A stretch of DNA of 64,000 bases from Myxococcota bacterium (GCA_044344255.1 JBIJDH010000004.1:320001-384000), one strand, 5' to 3'; numbered from the stretch's first letter, positions 1 to 10,959 are shown. The notes: generated by a model not told the origin, from the sequence alone. Numbers and translations are program-made.

Positions 1-340
1 CATCATCTGCGGCGCGCTGGTGCTCTTGATCTACATCCCCAGCTTCTCGAAGGGGCCGCTGAACCTCCGCGAGGGGCGCGACTTCTACGAGGGTTTCCCC
101 TGGGACGGCAAGCCCGTCGTCGCCGCGCCGTCCGAGATCCCGGCGGACGGCGCCCCGGGCGCCGAGGCGGAGCCCAAGGTGCTCACGCTTCAGGAGATGA
201 TGGAGAAGGCAAAGAAACAAAAGGCGGAGCAGAAGGCCGCCGCGGAGGCCGCAGGCCCGCCCGTCGAGGGTGCTCCGCCGGTGGAGGGTGCTCCGCCGGT
301 GGAAGGTGAGGCGGTCGAAGGTAGCCCCGGGGCGCCCTGA
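1..340 (+). CDS. 3' end of a membrane protein, possibly a TRAP transporter large permease (DctM-like), with a Pro/Glu/Ala-rich tail; partial
   Basis: Frame is open from the window edge (IICGALVLLIYIPSFSKGP...), resembling the last helix of DctM proteins. Ends in PPVEGA-type repeats x3. Confidence 0.35.
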   Translation, partial: IICGALVLLIYIPSFSKGPLNLREGRDFYEGFPWDGKPVVAAPSEIPADGAPGAEAEPKVLTLQEMMEKAKKQKAEQKAAAEAAGPPVEGAPPVEGAPPVEGEAVEGSPGAP

Positions 341-342
341 CC

Positions 343-1350
343 GTGGAGCCGGACCGAACCCTGCCCCGTCGACCCCTCCCCAGGGTGCAGGTCGGGTGGG
401 CGCTCCTGCTGCTCGGCGCCTGTGCCGCTCAGGCGGAGGCCCCGCCGGCGGCGGTCGACGTGTGGGCGGAGTGGACCGACCGTCATACCCCCGTCGCCGA
501 CGGATTCCAGCCCCCCGTCGACGCGGGCTGGACCCGGACAGGGGAGGGCAGTTGGCGGCGAGCGTCCGCGGGCGCGGTCCAGGCCCCAGCGCTGGGGGTC
601 GTGCGGAGGGCCAGCGGGGACACCCTCGTGATCGAGCATGTCTTCTACGAGAACGCGGAGCGGGTGACCGTGACCTCGACCCTCCACGGCGACGGCCCCT
701 GGGTGAGCGCGGGGGCGGCCGGAGATCGGGTGGAGGCGGGGGCGGTGATCGGGCGCGGAGCGCAGGTCGAGTGGTCGCTCCGGAGGGGCGCGGAGGAGGT
801 GCCGGTCGAGGCCTTCCTCCGGGCGCACGAGGCGGTGCCGGTCCCCCAGCGAGAGGCCGCCCTCGCGGTGGTGGACGCGGCGCGGAGCGAGCTGCGCCTG
901 TACCGGCGGGGGCAGGAGGCCGCTCGATACCGGGTCGGGCGCGGCCAAGCGGATGGGCCCAAGGAGCGGCGAGGGGACAACCGCACGCCGGTCGGGATGT
1001 ACTTCGTGGTGGCCAAATCGACGGGGCCCTTCGAGGGGCCGGTCGCGGACTATTACGGGGGGTACTGGACGAAGCTGAACTACCCGAACCCCTGGGACGC
1101 CGAGCGGGGGCTCGCCCAAGGCTGGGTGACCGCCGAGCAGGCCGGGGCGATCTCGCGGGCCTGGCGGCGCCGGGGGCTGACGCTCCAGGACACGCGGCTC
1201 GGGGGCGGGATCGGCTTCCACGGCTGGATCTCGGAGTGGTCGGACGCCGATGGCCCGCGCAAGAGCTGGGGCTGCGTGGTCAACCACCTCTCCGACGTCG
1301 CGGCGGTGTATGCGGCGCTGCCGGTGGGGGCGATGGTGATCCTGCGCTGA
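343..1350 (+). CDS. L,D-transpeptidase (YkuD family) lipoprotein with a degenerate M23-like N-terminal region
   Basis: LLGAC lipobox; GDNRTPVGMY; catalytic IGFHG...SWGCV (His/Cys) motif. Confidence 0.85.
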   Translation: MEPDRTLPRRPLPRVQVGWALLLLGACAAQAEAPPAAVDVWAEWTDRHTPVADGFQPPVDAGWTRTGEGSWRRASAGAVQAPALGVVRRASGDTLVIEHVFYENAERVTVTSTLHGDGPWVSAGAAGDRVEAGAVIGRGAQVEWSLRRGAEEVPVEAFLRAHEAVPVPQREAALAVVDAARSELRLYRRGQEAARYRVGRGQADGPKERRGDNRTPVGMYFVVAKSTGPFEGPVADYYGGYWTKLNYPNPWDAERGLAQGWVTAEQAGAISRAWRRRGLTLQDTRLGGGIGFHGWISEWSDADGPRKSWGCVVNHLSDVAAVYAALPVGAMVILR

Positions 1351-1439
1351 TCGGTGATCCTTCGCAGGAGGAGAGGCCGATCTGGTGTGTAGGTTGGGGT
1401 GGGAGAGGTCCCCTCCTCTGCGCAGCTCCGGGAGCCCCC

Positions 1440-2114
1440 ATGCGTTCATCTCCGGTCCGCCTCCACCTCCTCGCGCCCCTCGCCGCCCTCGCCGCCCTCG
1501 GCGCATGTGGGAAGGACGACGCGGATCCGGTCAACTGCTCCACGGAGGCGCGCGGCTCGGTGAACCTGACGGTGGTGGACGAAGCGGCGGCCCCGATCGC
1601 CGGGGCGACCGCCACGTGGTTGGTGGACGGGGGGGAGGCCCAACCCTGCGACGGGATGCCGGACGGGGTCTTCGTCTGCGGCTGGGAGGTCGACGGCGAC
1701 CTCCTCCTGCGCGTGGAGGCCGAGGGCTACGAGTCGGCCGAGCAGGTGGTCACCGTCGAGGCCGATGAGTGCCACGTCATCCCCGAGGTCCTCACGCTCA
1801 CGCTCCTCGAAGAGCAGGTCGACTGCACCGAGCAAGAGGTGCCCTCGATCGCGGTCACGGTCGCCGGCAGCTCCGGCGAGCCCCTCGACGGGGTGGGCGT
1901 CACCTACGCGCCGCTGGGTGGTGATGATGCGGCGCCCTGCGAGCTCCGCTCGGACGCCTCCTGGATCTGCGGCTCCGAGGAGGCGGGTGACTTCGTCGTC
2001 ACGGCCCTCGCGGCGGGCCACGTCCCAGAGAGCGCCGGGGTCACCGTCGAGGCCGACGAGTGCCACGTCATCACCGAGACCGTCGACTTCTTGCTCGACT
2101 GGGGCGCAGATTGA
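1440..2114 (+). CDS. Lipoprotein with two tandem carboxypeptidase-regulatory-like (Ig-like) Cys-containing domains
   Basis: ATG at 1440; signal peptide ending LGAC; internal repeat CxxExxxSxxxTV...VTVEADECHVI occurs twice. Confidence 0.75.
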   Translation: MRSSPVRLHLLAPLAALAALGACGKDDADPVNCSTEARGSVNLTVVDEAAAPIAGATATWLVDGGEAQPCDGMPDGVFVCGWEVDGDLLLRVEAEGYESAEQVVTVEADECHVIPEVLTLTLLEEQVDCTEQEVPSIAVTVAGSSGEPLDGVGVTYAPLGGDDAAPCELRSDASWICGSEEAGDFVVTALAAGHVPESAGVTVEADECHVITETVDFLLDWGAD

Positions 2115-2141
2115 GTGGGGGGCGGCTCGAGGGGCCTCGAC

Positions 2142-2684
2142 TCAGCGGAGCAGCGCGTCGCGGCCGATGAGGGCCTCGAGGCGGTAGCCGGCGGCGGCGA
2201 GGCGCTCCACGGCCCCCTCTTCGCGGTCGACCACGACGATGCACTGCACCACCCGCAGGCCCTCCTGCTCGACCCGCTCGATGGCGGTGAGCAGGCTGCC
2301 GCCGGTGGTGGCGGTGTCCTCGACGATGCAGACGGGCGCGCCGTCGGGGAGGGAGCCGCGGCCCTCGACCCACAGGCGGAGGCCGTGGCCCTTGGGCTCC
2401 TTCCGCACCATGAAGCCCTGGATGGGGCGACCGCGGAGGAAGGACACGGCGGCGACGGCGCCGGCGATAGGGTCTGCGCCGGTGACGGGCCCCCCCACGG
2501 CGACCACCTCGGGGAGGAGACGCTCCAGCACGAGCTCAGCGATGAGCGCGGCGCCCTCGGGGTGCAGCGTGGTCTGGCGGGCGTCGACGTAGAAGTCGCT
2601 CTCCCGCCCCGACGCGAGGATCACCCGCTGGCGGCGGACGGAGCGCTCCAGCAGCAGGGCCTTCAGCCGTTCCTGGCGCCCCAT
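2142..2684 (-). CDS. pyrE: Orotate phosphoribosyltransferase
   Basis: LASGRESDFYVD, VRKEPKGHG, PRPP motif IVEDTATTGGS, VDREEG. ATG overlaps the upstream stop (TGATG). Confidence 0.95.
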   Translation of the reverse strand: MGRQERLKALLLERSVRRQRVILASGRESDFYVDARQTTLHPEGAALIAELVLERLLPEVVAVGGPVTGADPIAGAVAAVSFLRGRPIQGFMVRKEPKGHGLRLWVEGRGSLPDGAPVCIVEDTATTGGSLLTAIERVEQEGLRVVQCIVVVDREEGAVERLAAAGYRLEALIGRDALLR

Positions 2685-3487
2685 CAGACCGCCTCCAGCC
2701 AGGCGATGAGCTCGGCCAGCACCTGCTTCTGCTCCGGCTCGTTGAAGAGCTCGTGGTAGAGGTGCGGGTAGAGCACGTGGGACTTCGGCCCGCCATAGGC
2801 GGCGAAGAGGCGCAAGGCGGCCTCGTGGTCGCACATCTGATCGGCGTCGGAGACCATCAGGTGGAGGGGCAGGCGGTAGCTCGCCGCAGCGGCGTGGACG
2901 CGGACCTGCGCCGCCAGCATCTCGGTGTACCAGCGTGGGGTGATCTTGCCGTAGACCAGCGGATCGGCCTCGTAGGCGCGAACCACCGCGGGGTCGCGGG
3001 AGATGGCGTTGGTGTCGAGCTCGTTCGACAAGGGGAGCCAGGGGAGAAGCCGAGAGAGGAGCTTCGCCGCCTTGATCTTGATCGCCGGGGCCTGGACCTT
3101 CACGCCCAGCAGCGGGTTTGAGAGGGCGAGGGCGCGGACGGCCGGGCTCATCGGCTCAAGCAGGGTCCAGAGGGAGACGAGGCCCCCCATCGAGTGCGCG
3201 AGCAGCACGAAGGGGCGCCCGACGAAGGTGGCGGCGGCCCGCACGTCGTCCGCGTAGTCCTGCCAGGACATCACGTGGCCGCGGCGGCCCTCGCTGCGCC
3301 CGTGGCCGCGGAGCTCCAGCAGGGTGACCCGCCAGCCAGCGGCGACCAGCGCGGCGGCCACGTGCTCGTAGCGGCCCGCGTGCTCGGCGAGCCCGTGGAC
3401 AATCAGCACGTCCCGATCGGCCGATCCCCAACGGGCGACCCGGAGGGCGGTGCCGTCGGTGGAGCGGAGGGTGTGCATCTCAGGCAT
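2684..3487 (-). CDS. Lysophospholipase / monoacylglycerol lipase (alpha/beta hydrolase)
   Basis: HGLAEHAGRY, RGHGRS, nucleophile elbow AHSMGG, LYHELFNEP. Confidence 0.9.
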   Translation of the reverse strand: MPEMHTLRSTDGTALRVARWGSADRDVLIVHGLAEHAGRYEHVAAALVAAGWRVTLLELRGHGRSEGRRGHVMSWQDYADDVRAAATFVGRPFVLLAHSMGGLVSLWTLLEPMSPAVRALALSNPLLGVKVQAPAIKIKAAKLLSRLLPWLPLSNELDTNAISRDPAVVRAYEADPLVYGKITPRWYTEMLAAQVRVHAAAASYRLPLHLMVSDADQMCDHEAALRLFAAYGGPKSHVLYPHLYHELFNEPEQKQVLAELIAWLEAV

Positions 3488-3536
3488 GGGGTTCCCTTGG
3501 CCCGAGGTCAGGCCGGGTTCGAAGGGGTGGCCTCGA

Positions 3537-4406
3537 TCACTGGGCGAAGAACTCGGCCTCGCGGGCGAGGAGGTCCTTGGCCTTGGCCTGCTCGGCCAGG
3601 TTCTCGGGGATCACCGAGGGATCGATGTTCGGGTCGGCGGCGATGACCTCTTTGAGGAGGCGCTCGTACTCGGCCTTGTTCTGCGACTTGACCGCCCACT
3701 CCGCCGCCATCAGCACCTTGGTGGAGAAGTAGTTGGGGTCCAAGGCGAGGGACTTGTCGAAGTGGTCCTTCGACTTGTTGAGGTCCTGGCCGGCGAAGCT
3801 CGGGATGGCGGCGTAGTACGCGCCCCAATACCGGTCGGGCGCGCCATGGAAGTAGGTGGGCTCGAGCTCTTGCACGCGGGCCACCCAGGCCTTCACCGTG
3901 CCGAGGTTCTTCAGGGTCTTGGCGAGGCCGCTGAGCTTGGCCCACTTCCCGAGGGAGGTGGCCGTCCAGTAGGTGCACGGGACGTCGGCGGCGGTCAGCA
4001 CCTTGGCGGCGGTGGCCTCGTCCTCATCGCCCTTCTCGAGCATGGCGGTGAATTCGGCGTTGATCGCGATGCACCGCTTTCCAGCCGTGATCGCCTTGTC
4101 CCAGACGGCGAGCTTCTTGTCCTTGTCGGTCTCGTGGGCGTCGCCGAGGAAGTAGTAGCCGCGCACCACCTGCGCGCCGATGACGCGGTTGGTGGGATCG
4201 GCGGCGAAGGCGGCCTCGTACTGGACGATGGCGGCCTCAAGCTGGGCCTTGTCCGAGCGCTTCTCCCACAGGGCGTTGGCCTCGTCGAGGGCGGAGGGCG
4301 CCGAGGCGGTGCTCGGCGCAGCACCGACCTCGTAGGTGCCCTTGTGCTTGGCGCCGCAGCCGGCGAGGGCGGCGAGGAACAGGGTGGCGGCGAACAATGA
4401 GCGCAT
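3537..4406 (-). CDS. TRAP transporter TatT (T-component) family TPR-like lipoprotein
   Basis: LAGC lipobox. GAPDRYWGAYYAAIPSFAGQDLNKSKDHF and C-terminal ENLAEQAKAKDLL...FF are typical of TatT. Confidence 0.75.
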   Translation of the reverse strand: MRSLFAATLFLAALAGCGAKHKGTYEVGAAPSTASAPSALDEANALWEKRSDKAQLEAAIVQYEAAFAADPTNRVIGAQVVRGYYFLGDAHETDKDKKLAVWDKAITAGKRCIAINAEFTAMLEKGDEDEATAAKVLTAADVPCTYWTATSLGKWAKLSGLAKTLKNLGTVKAWVARVQELEPTYFHGAPDRYWGAYYAAIPSFAGQDLNKSKDHFDKSLALDPNYFSTKVLMAAEWAVKSQNKAEYERLLKEVIAADPNIDPSVIPENLAEQAKAKDLLAREAEFFAQ

Positions 4407-4552
4407 GGGTACTCCGAGCGAGTGATCGAGCATAAGTATGCGGTGGCCGTCCTTTTACCGAGAGGCCGGGGCGCTGTCAACGAGGGGAGTCCGATGGCGG
4501 TGGCCGGGGCGGCCCCCGCTCGGACCCGGTGATAGGCCCCTGGCCCGGATGA

Positions 4553-6052
<1,500 letters not shown>

Positions 6053-6073
6053 TCCCCCACGAGTTGAGGGCGT

Positions 6074-6110
6074 AAAAAAGGAGAGGCCCCCGGGGTGAGC
6101 GGGGGCCTCT
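6074..6110 (-). terminator. Intrinsic terminator downstream of rplC
   Basis: 11-bp stem AGAGGCCCCCG/CGGGGGCCTCT with a 7-nt loop, followed on the minus strand by CC and T6. Confidence 0.8.
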
Positions 6111-6136
6111 GCGAAGACCAGCGGACCGGCGGTGGT

Positions 6137-6799
6137 CTACTTCTTGAGCTTCTTCACGGCGCGGCGAACCGTGACCATGTCGCCGTCGCTGCCCGGGACG
6201 CCACCCTTGATGTAGATGTGGCCCTTCTCGGCGTCCACCTTCACGATCTTCAGGTTCTGGACGGTGACCTGGGAGTTGCCGAGGTGCCCCGGCATCTTGA
6301 CGCCCTTGAGCGTCATGCCCGGGGTGAGGCGCGTGCCGATCGAACCGCCGTGGCGGTAGTACTCGTGCACGCCGTGGCTGCGCTCGAAGCCGGCCATGTG
6401 GTGGCGCTTGAACACACCGGCGAAGCCGCGGCCCTTGCTGAGGCCCACGACGTCGATGATGTCACCGGCGTTGAAGAACTGGGCGACCTGGAGCACGGTG
6501 CCGGCCGGGTAGAGGGCGGCGTCGGCGGCGTTGATGCGCACCTCGCGGAGGGTCTGAGAGGGGAGCGCCCCCACCTTTGCGAAGTGACCCTGGGAGGCCT
6601 TGGTGATGCGGCTGGCGCGACGGGTGCCGTAGCCGAGCTGGACGGCGTTGTAGCCGTCGCTGCCGCTCTCGGACTTGACCGTGATCACGGTGTTGTTGCT
6701 GGCGTCCACCACGGTCACGCCGACGAGGGCGCCATCTTCGGTGAACAACTGGGTCATGCCGAGCTTCTTGCCAAGCAGACCAACGGACGAATTCGCCAC
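6137..6799 (-). CDS. rplC: 50S ribosomal protein L3
   Basis: GLLGKKLGMTQLF, DGYNAVQLG, SKGRGFAGVFKRH, KMPGHLG, IKGGVPG. Confidence 0.97.
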   Translation of the reverse strand: MANSSVGLLGKKLGMTQLFTEDGALVGVTVVDASNNTVITVKSESGSDGYNAVQLGYGTRRASRITKASQGHFAKVGALPSQTLREVRINAADAALYPAGTVLQVAQFFNAGDIIDVVGLSKGRGFAGVFKRHHMAGFERSHGVHEYYRHGGSIGTRLTPGMTLKGVKMPGHLGNSQVTVQNLKIVKVDAEKGHIYIKGGVPGSDGDMVTVRRAVKKLKK

Positions 6800-6908
6800 G
6801 GGAACCTCGCATTGGACGGCGCACCCTGTGGTGAGTCGTCTTACGGTTGGGGGGCGAGCCGGTTAGCCCGTCCACCGGGTCGGAGCAAGGACCGTAGGGG
6901 CGAGGCCG

Positions 6909-8108
6909 TCAGATGCCCTGGACGGCGATGGCGTAGTCGGGCTGGGCCGGATCATTGCTCAGGATGTGGAGGATGTTCTCGTCGGTGATCGTGTTCGCGA
7001 TGTCCAGACAAAACTCAGGGCAGGTGTAGTTGATCGTGAAGGTCAACGTGGATCGGGGGCTCATGGTCGCGGTGTTCAGCCCGCTGATCGTGAAGGTCCC
7101 GCCCTGGGCGTCGTTTTGGAAGTCGTAGCCGAGGATCTCGAGATCGACGTCGCTGGCGTTGGTGATGATCACCGACTGGGAGGCGGGGATTCCGAAGATG
7201 CTGCCGAGGCCGACCTCGTAGTCGCTGGTACCGCCGGTATCGACCTCGATGGTGGGGTCGCAGACGTAGCAGGGTGGCTCGACCCCCTTGCCTTGGACAC
7301 TGACATCGTAGGTGTTGCCCGTTGTTTCGTCGGTGACGAGCTGGATGGTGTCGCTGTAGCTGCCGATCGTCGTCGGCGAGAAGGCGAGGATGAGGGTGTC
7401 CGTCGCGCCGGAGCCGATCACCTGGGGGAGGGTGAGCCCAGAGAAGGAGAAGGTGTCCTCGCCGATCACCACGTCCTGGACGAGGATGTCACCCGTACAG
7501 TTGTTCGTGAGCGTGACGCTCTGCGTGGCCGTGGTGTAGAGGTACACATCCGAGAAGTCGACCGCCGAATGACTGAGGCCGAGGTGGCAGTCGCCACCGC
7601 CGTCGCTGCCATCGCCGCCGTCTGTGCCGTCGGCGCCGTCGCCGCCGTCGCTCCCGTCAGAGCCCCCGCTGGAGGCGGTGCCCGTGAGGGGCACGGAGGC
7701 CACCTGCTGCGTGTTGCCGACCTCGATGTCGAGGCTGCCGGTGAAGGTGGCGGCGGTCGCGGGCTCGAAGCCCACGGAGACGACGAGGGAGTCCTCCGAG
7801 AGGAGCTCGACCGGGAAGGTCGTGGTGCTCAAGATGGAGAAGGCGGAGTCACCGCGGACGACCGACTCCACCAGCACGACGCTGCCGCTCCCGGTGTTGG
7901 TGATCACCACGTCCGCGGACGAGGGCTCACCCGGGCTCACCGTGCCGAAGTCAACGGTGCCGGGGCTGATGGAGAGGTCACCGACCTGGAGCTCTCCGCC
8001 ACCGCCACCCGACGCGGTGTCGGAGCCCTTGGGCGGCGCGACCTGCAGCCCGCAAGCGGTCGAGAGCAGGAGGAGGAGGGGGAGGGTCTTTAGGCGCGTG
8101 GGCGTCAA
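6909..8108 (-). CDS. Lipoprotein with three choice-of-anchor D / ASH-like Ig domains
   Basis: STAC lipobox; repeated VDFG...ITNTG...F.P...G motif; Asp-Gly linker; SNDP near the C-terminus. Confidence 0.75.
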   Translation of the reverse strand: MTPTRLKTLPLLLLLSTACGLQVAPPKGSDTASGGGGGELQVGDLSISPGTVDFGTVSPGEPSSADVVITNTGSGSVVLVESVVRGDSAFSILSTTTFPVELLSEDSLVVSVGFEPATAATFTGSLDIEVGNTQQVASVPLTGTASSGGSDGSDGGDGADGTDGGDGSDGGGDCHLGLSHSAVDFSDVYLYTTATQSVTLTNNCTGDILVQDVVIGEDTFSFSGLTLPQVIGSGATDTLILAFSPTTIGSYSDTIQLVTDETTGNTYDVSVQGKGVEPPCYVCDPTIEVDTGGTSDYEVGLGSIFGIPASQSVIITNASDVDLEILGYDFQNDAQGGTFTISGLNTATMSPRSTLTFTINYTCPEFCLDIANTITDENILHILSNDPAQPDYAIAVQGI

Positions 8109-8161
8109 CGTCAGTTCCTCGTAGGTCGGGCGGATTGTAGCATACGGGATGCGCCACCCGG

Positions 8162-8196
8162 AAACGAGAAGACCGCGCTCCGTAGGGGCGCGGTCT
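8162..8196 (-). terminator. Probable terminator after the glt-like operon
   Basis: Hairpin AGACCGCGC...GCGCGGTCT just downstream of the 8238 stop, with a T-containing tail on the minus strand. Confidence 0.55.
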
Positions 8197-8237
8197 CTGG
8201 CTTCTTCGCCGGGATGCCTCGGCGAGGAGGCGAGCGA

Positions 8238-8993
8238 TCAGAAGGTGTACTTCAGGTTGCCCGTGACGTTGGCGCCGAGATCAAAGCCCACCGCGTAGAA
8301 CACGTCGGCGTCCACACCCACGGAGAAGTGGGAGAGCTTGGTGTAGTACTCGAAGGTCGGGCCGCCGATGCCGAGCGGGTGGGGGCCGTGATGGTATCCG
8401 GGGTCGATCCCGCCCCAGGTGCCAGCGACGACCTCCTTGTTGTAGTAGTCCGGCTCCATCAGCAGCGGGGAGATGAGCACGCCACCCCCCGCTCGAATGC
8501 CGATGCCGATGCGGCGGGTCGGGTAAAAGGACCACTCGAGCACGCCCGCGAGGGTGTAGGTGCGGAGGTCGCCCTGCACGCAGGGCGCCCCGCCGCCGGC
8601 GTCCATACACGCGCCGCCCTCGAGGATCTGGGTCTCGTACTGCTTGCCGTTGTGCACGCCCTGGAAGAAGTCGATCTCCCACGCGGCAGAGCTGGTCTCG
8701 CGGTCGAGGAAGTCATCCCCGACGGAGAGGCCCAGGGCCGTCCCCGGGCTGACCCAGCCGCTGAGGTCGAGGAGGTAGAGCCCTCCTCCGACGCTGGCCT
8801 TGGCGTAGAGCCCCTTGGTGATCTCTCGCACCGCGGCTTGCTTCTTCGCCTTGGTCGTCTTCTTCGGAGCGGCGCCGTCGCCCTCCATGTCCCCATATTC
8901 ATCCCCGCCTTCGTCATCGGCGGCCATCGCAGAAGACGGGAGCCAAGCGGCAGAGGTGAGGAGCGCCGAGAGCAGCAGTCTGTCGATCTTCAT
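8238..8993 (-). CDS. gltH: GltH/CglE (NfsH)-like outer-membrane beta-barrel protein
   Basis: Signal peptide; EYYTKLSHFSVG and terminal LKYTF beta-signal; located after the gltG-like gene. Confidence 0.7.
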   Translation of the reverse strand: MKIDRLLLSALLTSAAWLPSSAMAADDEGGDEYGDMEGDGAAPKKTTKAKKQAAVREITKGLYAKASVGGGLYLLDLSGWVSPGTALGLSVGDDFLDRETSSAAWEIDFFQGVHNGKQYETQILEGGACMDAGGGAPCVQGDLRTYTLAGVLEWSFYPTRRIGIGIRAGGGVLISPLLMEPDYYNKEVVAGTWGGIDPGYHHGPHPLGIGGPTFEYYTKLSHFSVGVDADVFYAVGFDLGANVTGNLKYTF

Positions 8994-9078
8994 GAGGTTC
9001 TCGGAAGGAGAAGGCGGGGGGACTTGCTGAGACCGGGACGGCCCGTCCTAGCACGGACGGGCCGCCGCGGGAAGGCTC

Positions 9079-10959
9079 TCAGCCCGGCGAGAAGATGAAG
9101 GGGTACGACACGATGACGATGCCACCGCCCTTCGGCTCGGGGAACTGGAAGCGGAGGAAGCGGTCTGCGATGCAGCCCTCCACCGACTTGTTGCCCATCG
9201 TCGAGCTCTTCACGTCCGACTTGGACACCGAGCCGTCCTTGGCGATCACGAACTTGATCGTGATCTTACCGCCGAGGTTCGGGTTCTTGGTCAGCTCGCG
9301 CTGGTAGCAGTAGCGGATCTGGTTCATGTGCCGCTTGATGACGGCGTCGATGAGCGACTTGTCGAGAGCGCCGAGGATGATGGGATCACCGCCGATAGCG
9401 CCGATGCCGCCTTCGCTCTTCTGGCCGAAGCTGCCGCCGCCGGAGCCGTAGCCAGAGGAGCCGGACCCACGGCCCTTGGTGCCGAGGCCGCCGAGGCCCT
9501 CTGCCGAGCCGCCGCCGCCGAGGCCGCCGCCGCGGCCGCCGAGGCCGCCGGAGCCCATCTGGGTGCCGGAGGCGCCGATGAGGCCGCCGATGCCGCCCGC
9601 GAGGTCGGTGCTCATGGCCGAGGAGCCGAAGACGCTGTCGAGCTCACCGCCGTCGCGGAGGGCGCCGAGGACGCCTGCCTGCTCGGCGATCTCCTTGTCG
9701 AGCTGCTGCTTCTGCATCTCGACCTTGTTGCCCTTGGCGGTCTTCATCTTGGCGTCTTGCTTGCCGACCTTGCCCTCTTCCTTCTTGGCCTTGGCGCCTT
9801 CGCCCGCGTCGGGGTTGGCGTCGGCCTTCTTGGGCTGAGGGATCTCCTCAGGGGGCTTCTCAAGGAGGAGATCGACGAAACGATCGTCAATCTCCATCAT
9901 CTCGTTCTCGGGGGGCGGCGGGCTCAGGGCCATCATGATGGTGAGCAGGCCGAACAGGAAGCCCATGAAGCCGAGGATGCCGAGGAAGGGGTAGTCCATC
10001 CCTTCGGAGAACTTGGTGGGCACCACCTTGCCCGGCGCCGCGAGCTGGCCGAAGAAGATGAAGTTCCCGGTGTCCGCGACGACGCGGGTGCCCTCGACCA
10101 CGGGCACCTGGTACTGCCCACCGCCCACCGAGGTGGCCTTGCCGCTCTGGATGAGGTCGTGGAAGTCGTGGCGCTCCTCACCGATGTCGGCGAAGCCGGA
10201 CCACTTGTCGCTGATGTTGCACACGTACTGGCTACCGGCCCACTCGAAGACCTTGTAGTTGTCGGTGGGGAGCACGCCCGAGGGGACGAAGAACTCCGCG
10301 CCGACCGGCCCAGCGGTGACGCTGGCGGCGCCGCGGGAGTACTGCTTGATGTTCATCACGACGTCGCCCCACACCTGGGCGACCTCAAGCACCTTGGGCT
10401 TGGTGTTGTCGAAGCCCGCCTCGTGGGTGCCGCCGGAGCGCATGATGAAGGCGATCACGTCCTCGCCGGTGTCCTTCTCCAGGAGCTCGCCACCCTGCGG
10501 TGCCGTGTAGGCCGCGCCGACCGCCGCCGCGCGAGGGGCTACGGACCCGCCGCCCGCGGTGTCGTGGTCTGCTGCGTCTTCGGCGCCTGCGCCGATCGAC
10601 GGGGAGAGCTGGGTGGCCTCCTCATCGGCGAGCGCCTGCTCATCGTGGATGGCCAGCGCGAAGCGGACGGTCCCGACGCTGATCTGATCGCCGTTGCGGA
10701 GGTTCGTGTTGTTGACGACCTCGCCGTTGACCGTCGTGCCGGTGGGCCCGCCGAGGTCGAGGAGCTGAATCGTGCCGTCGTCATTGATGTTGATGACGGC
10801 GTGGAGGTCAGCGAGCGCCTCGTTGTCCACGCGGAGCATCGCGGCGGGACCGCGACCGATCGTCACGCTCTCCGCGGAGATCTCCTCGCGGCGGAGGTAC
10901 TGGTCACCCTCGTAGATGTCGAAGCTGAGGACGAGCTTGCCGGAGGTTTCGTTCGCCAT
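9079..10959 (-). CDS. gltG: GltG/PglI (NfsG)-like protein: FHA domain, TM helix, Gly-rich linker, TonB-C-like AgmX/PglI C-terminal domain
   Basis: VTIGRG...HAVI...LLDLG (FHA); one TM helix; LDKSLIDAVIKRHMNQIRYCYQREL...FPEPKGGGIVIVSYPFIF. Confidence 0.88.
   Translation of the reverse strand: MANETSGKLVLSFDIYEGDQYLRREEISAESVTIGRGPAAMLRVDNEALADLHAVININDDGTIQLLDLGGPTGTTVNGEVVNNTNLRNGDQISVGTVRFALAIHDEQALADEEATQLSPSIGAGAEDAADHDTAGGGSVAPRAAAVGAAYTAPQGGELLEKDTGEDVIAFIMRSGGTHEAGFDNTKPKVLEVAQVWGDVVMNIKQYSRGAASVTAGPVGAEFFVPSGVLPTDNYKVFEWAGSQYVCNISDKWSGFADIGEERHDFHDLIQSGKATSVGGGQYQVPVVEGTRVVADTGNFIFFGQLAAPGKVVPTKFSEGMDYPFLGILGFMGFLFGLLTIMMALSPPPPENEMMEIDDRFVDLLLEKPPEEIPQPKKADANPDAGEGAKAKKEEGKVGKQDAKMKTAKGNKVEMQKQQLDKEIAEQAGVLGALRDGGELDSVFGSSAMSTDLAGGIGGLIGASGTQMGSGGLGGRGGGLGGGGSAEGLGGLGTKGRGSGSSGYGSGGGSFGQKSEGGIGAIGGDPIILGALDKSLIDAVIKRHMNQIRYCYQRELTKNPNLGGKITIKFVIAKDGSVSKSDVKSSTMGNKSVEGCIADRFLRFQFPEPKGGGIVIVSYPFIFSPG

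Noticed and set aside
270..1439. N-terminal extension of the 614-aa ORF 270-2114
   Set aside because: It overlaps the L,D-transpeptidase; the lipoprotein signal peptide begins at ATG 1440.
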